Below, one piece after another: positions 63,742 to 64,000 of a stretch of 64,000 nt of DNA. Location: assembly GCA_963676795.2 (NCBI GenBank), contig CAXXTB010000001.1:1024001-1088000 (forward strand). The letters run 5' to 3'. The stretch comes from Geopsychrobacteraceae bacterium (GTDB taxonomy: Bacteria > Desulfobacterota > Desulfuromonadia > Desulfuromonadales > Geopsychrobacteraceae). The notes beneath the pieces were generated by a model. That model searched no databases and was not told the DNA's origin. It saw only the letters and a program-made list of their open reading frames with translations. Each line of letters starts with the position of its first letter. The first letter of the stretch is position 1. The translations under genes and the position numbers were made by a program.

Positions 63742-64000
63742 CTAGCTTACAGCCTGTTTTTCAAGCTCTTCCCTGATCAGGAGATCGGCATTGCTGATCA
63801 TTTTTTGTAGTCCCTGTTCTACGGGGGGGGAGAGTGTCATTTCCATCTCGATACTCTGGGCCTGGATACCGATCAGCCTGACGGTTGCCGGGCGGTCGCC
63901 GATCAGTTCTGCGGTCGCGAGCAGATCCTGCAGTCCGACCTGGTGGGGGGAGACCTTCGATTCCATGACGGTGTCGATATCCTCCCCTTCGATAAGGACC
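63742..64000 (-). CDS. Hydrogenase maturation protease (HyaD/HybD), C-terminal part
   Basis: SPHQVGLQDLLATAELIG...LIGIQ...LSPPV; 5' part lies beyond the window. Confidence 0.8.
   Translation of the reverse strand, partial: VLIEGEDIDTVMESKVSPHQVGLQDLLATAELIGDRPATVRLIGIQAQSIEMEMTLSPPVEQGLQKMISNADLLIREELEKQAVS

Overview
A 64 kb chromosomal window from an anaerobic Gram-negative bacterium. Gene content and style suggest a Desulfuromonadales-like deltaproteobacterium (inference). Left part (1-12.4 kb): a LysR-linked organic-acid cluster (ThDP enzyme, 2-hydroxyacid dehydrogenase, MFS, GlcG/HbpS, a divergent LeuA-like enzyme), an enoyl-CoA hydratase, tRNA-Sec (selC), a Ca/Na antiporter, an IS200-derived miniature element and pta. 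Centre (12.6-42.1 kb), the most interesting part: four transcription units share an ungapped ~65 bp promoter with a GTT-N11-AAC LysR-type box. They encode a thiolase, two lactonases, MFS and TAXI-TRAP transporters, and two selenoproteins that the ORF track splits at in-frame UGA codons (U-G-S-C and U-G-G-C, each followed by a SECIS-like hairpin; UGSC family, resembling the GrdB Sec domain). They also encode a MaoC-type dehydratase, an ADP-forming acyl-CoA ligase, a PrpD-family protein, two carboxyltransferases, crotonase, 3-hydroxybutyryl-CoA dehydrogenase, Na+-pumping decarboxylase subunits, an atypical thioredoxin reductase and a porin. This looks like an uncharacterised selenium-dependent catabolic regulon with Na+-coupled energy conservation; the substrate cannot be read from sequence. 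Right part: DUF2057 protein, a hydrolase, a LysR, a GGDEF protein, a B12 radical SAM protein, a truncated PAS kinase, a complete N-type ATPase operon, trkHA, a glucan phosphorylase, tandem tRNA-Asp genes, a DCC1-like protein, ppgK, a dienelactone hydrolase and a hydrogenase maturation protease fragment. No database searches were run; all family calls come from motif recognition.
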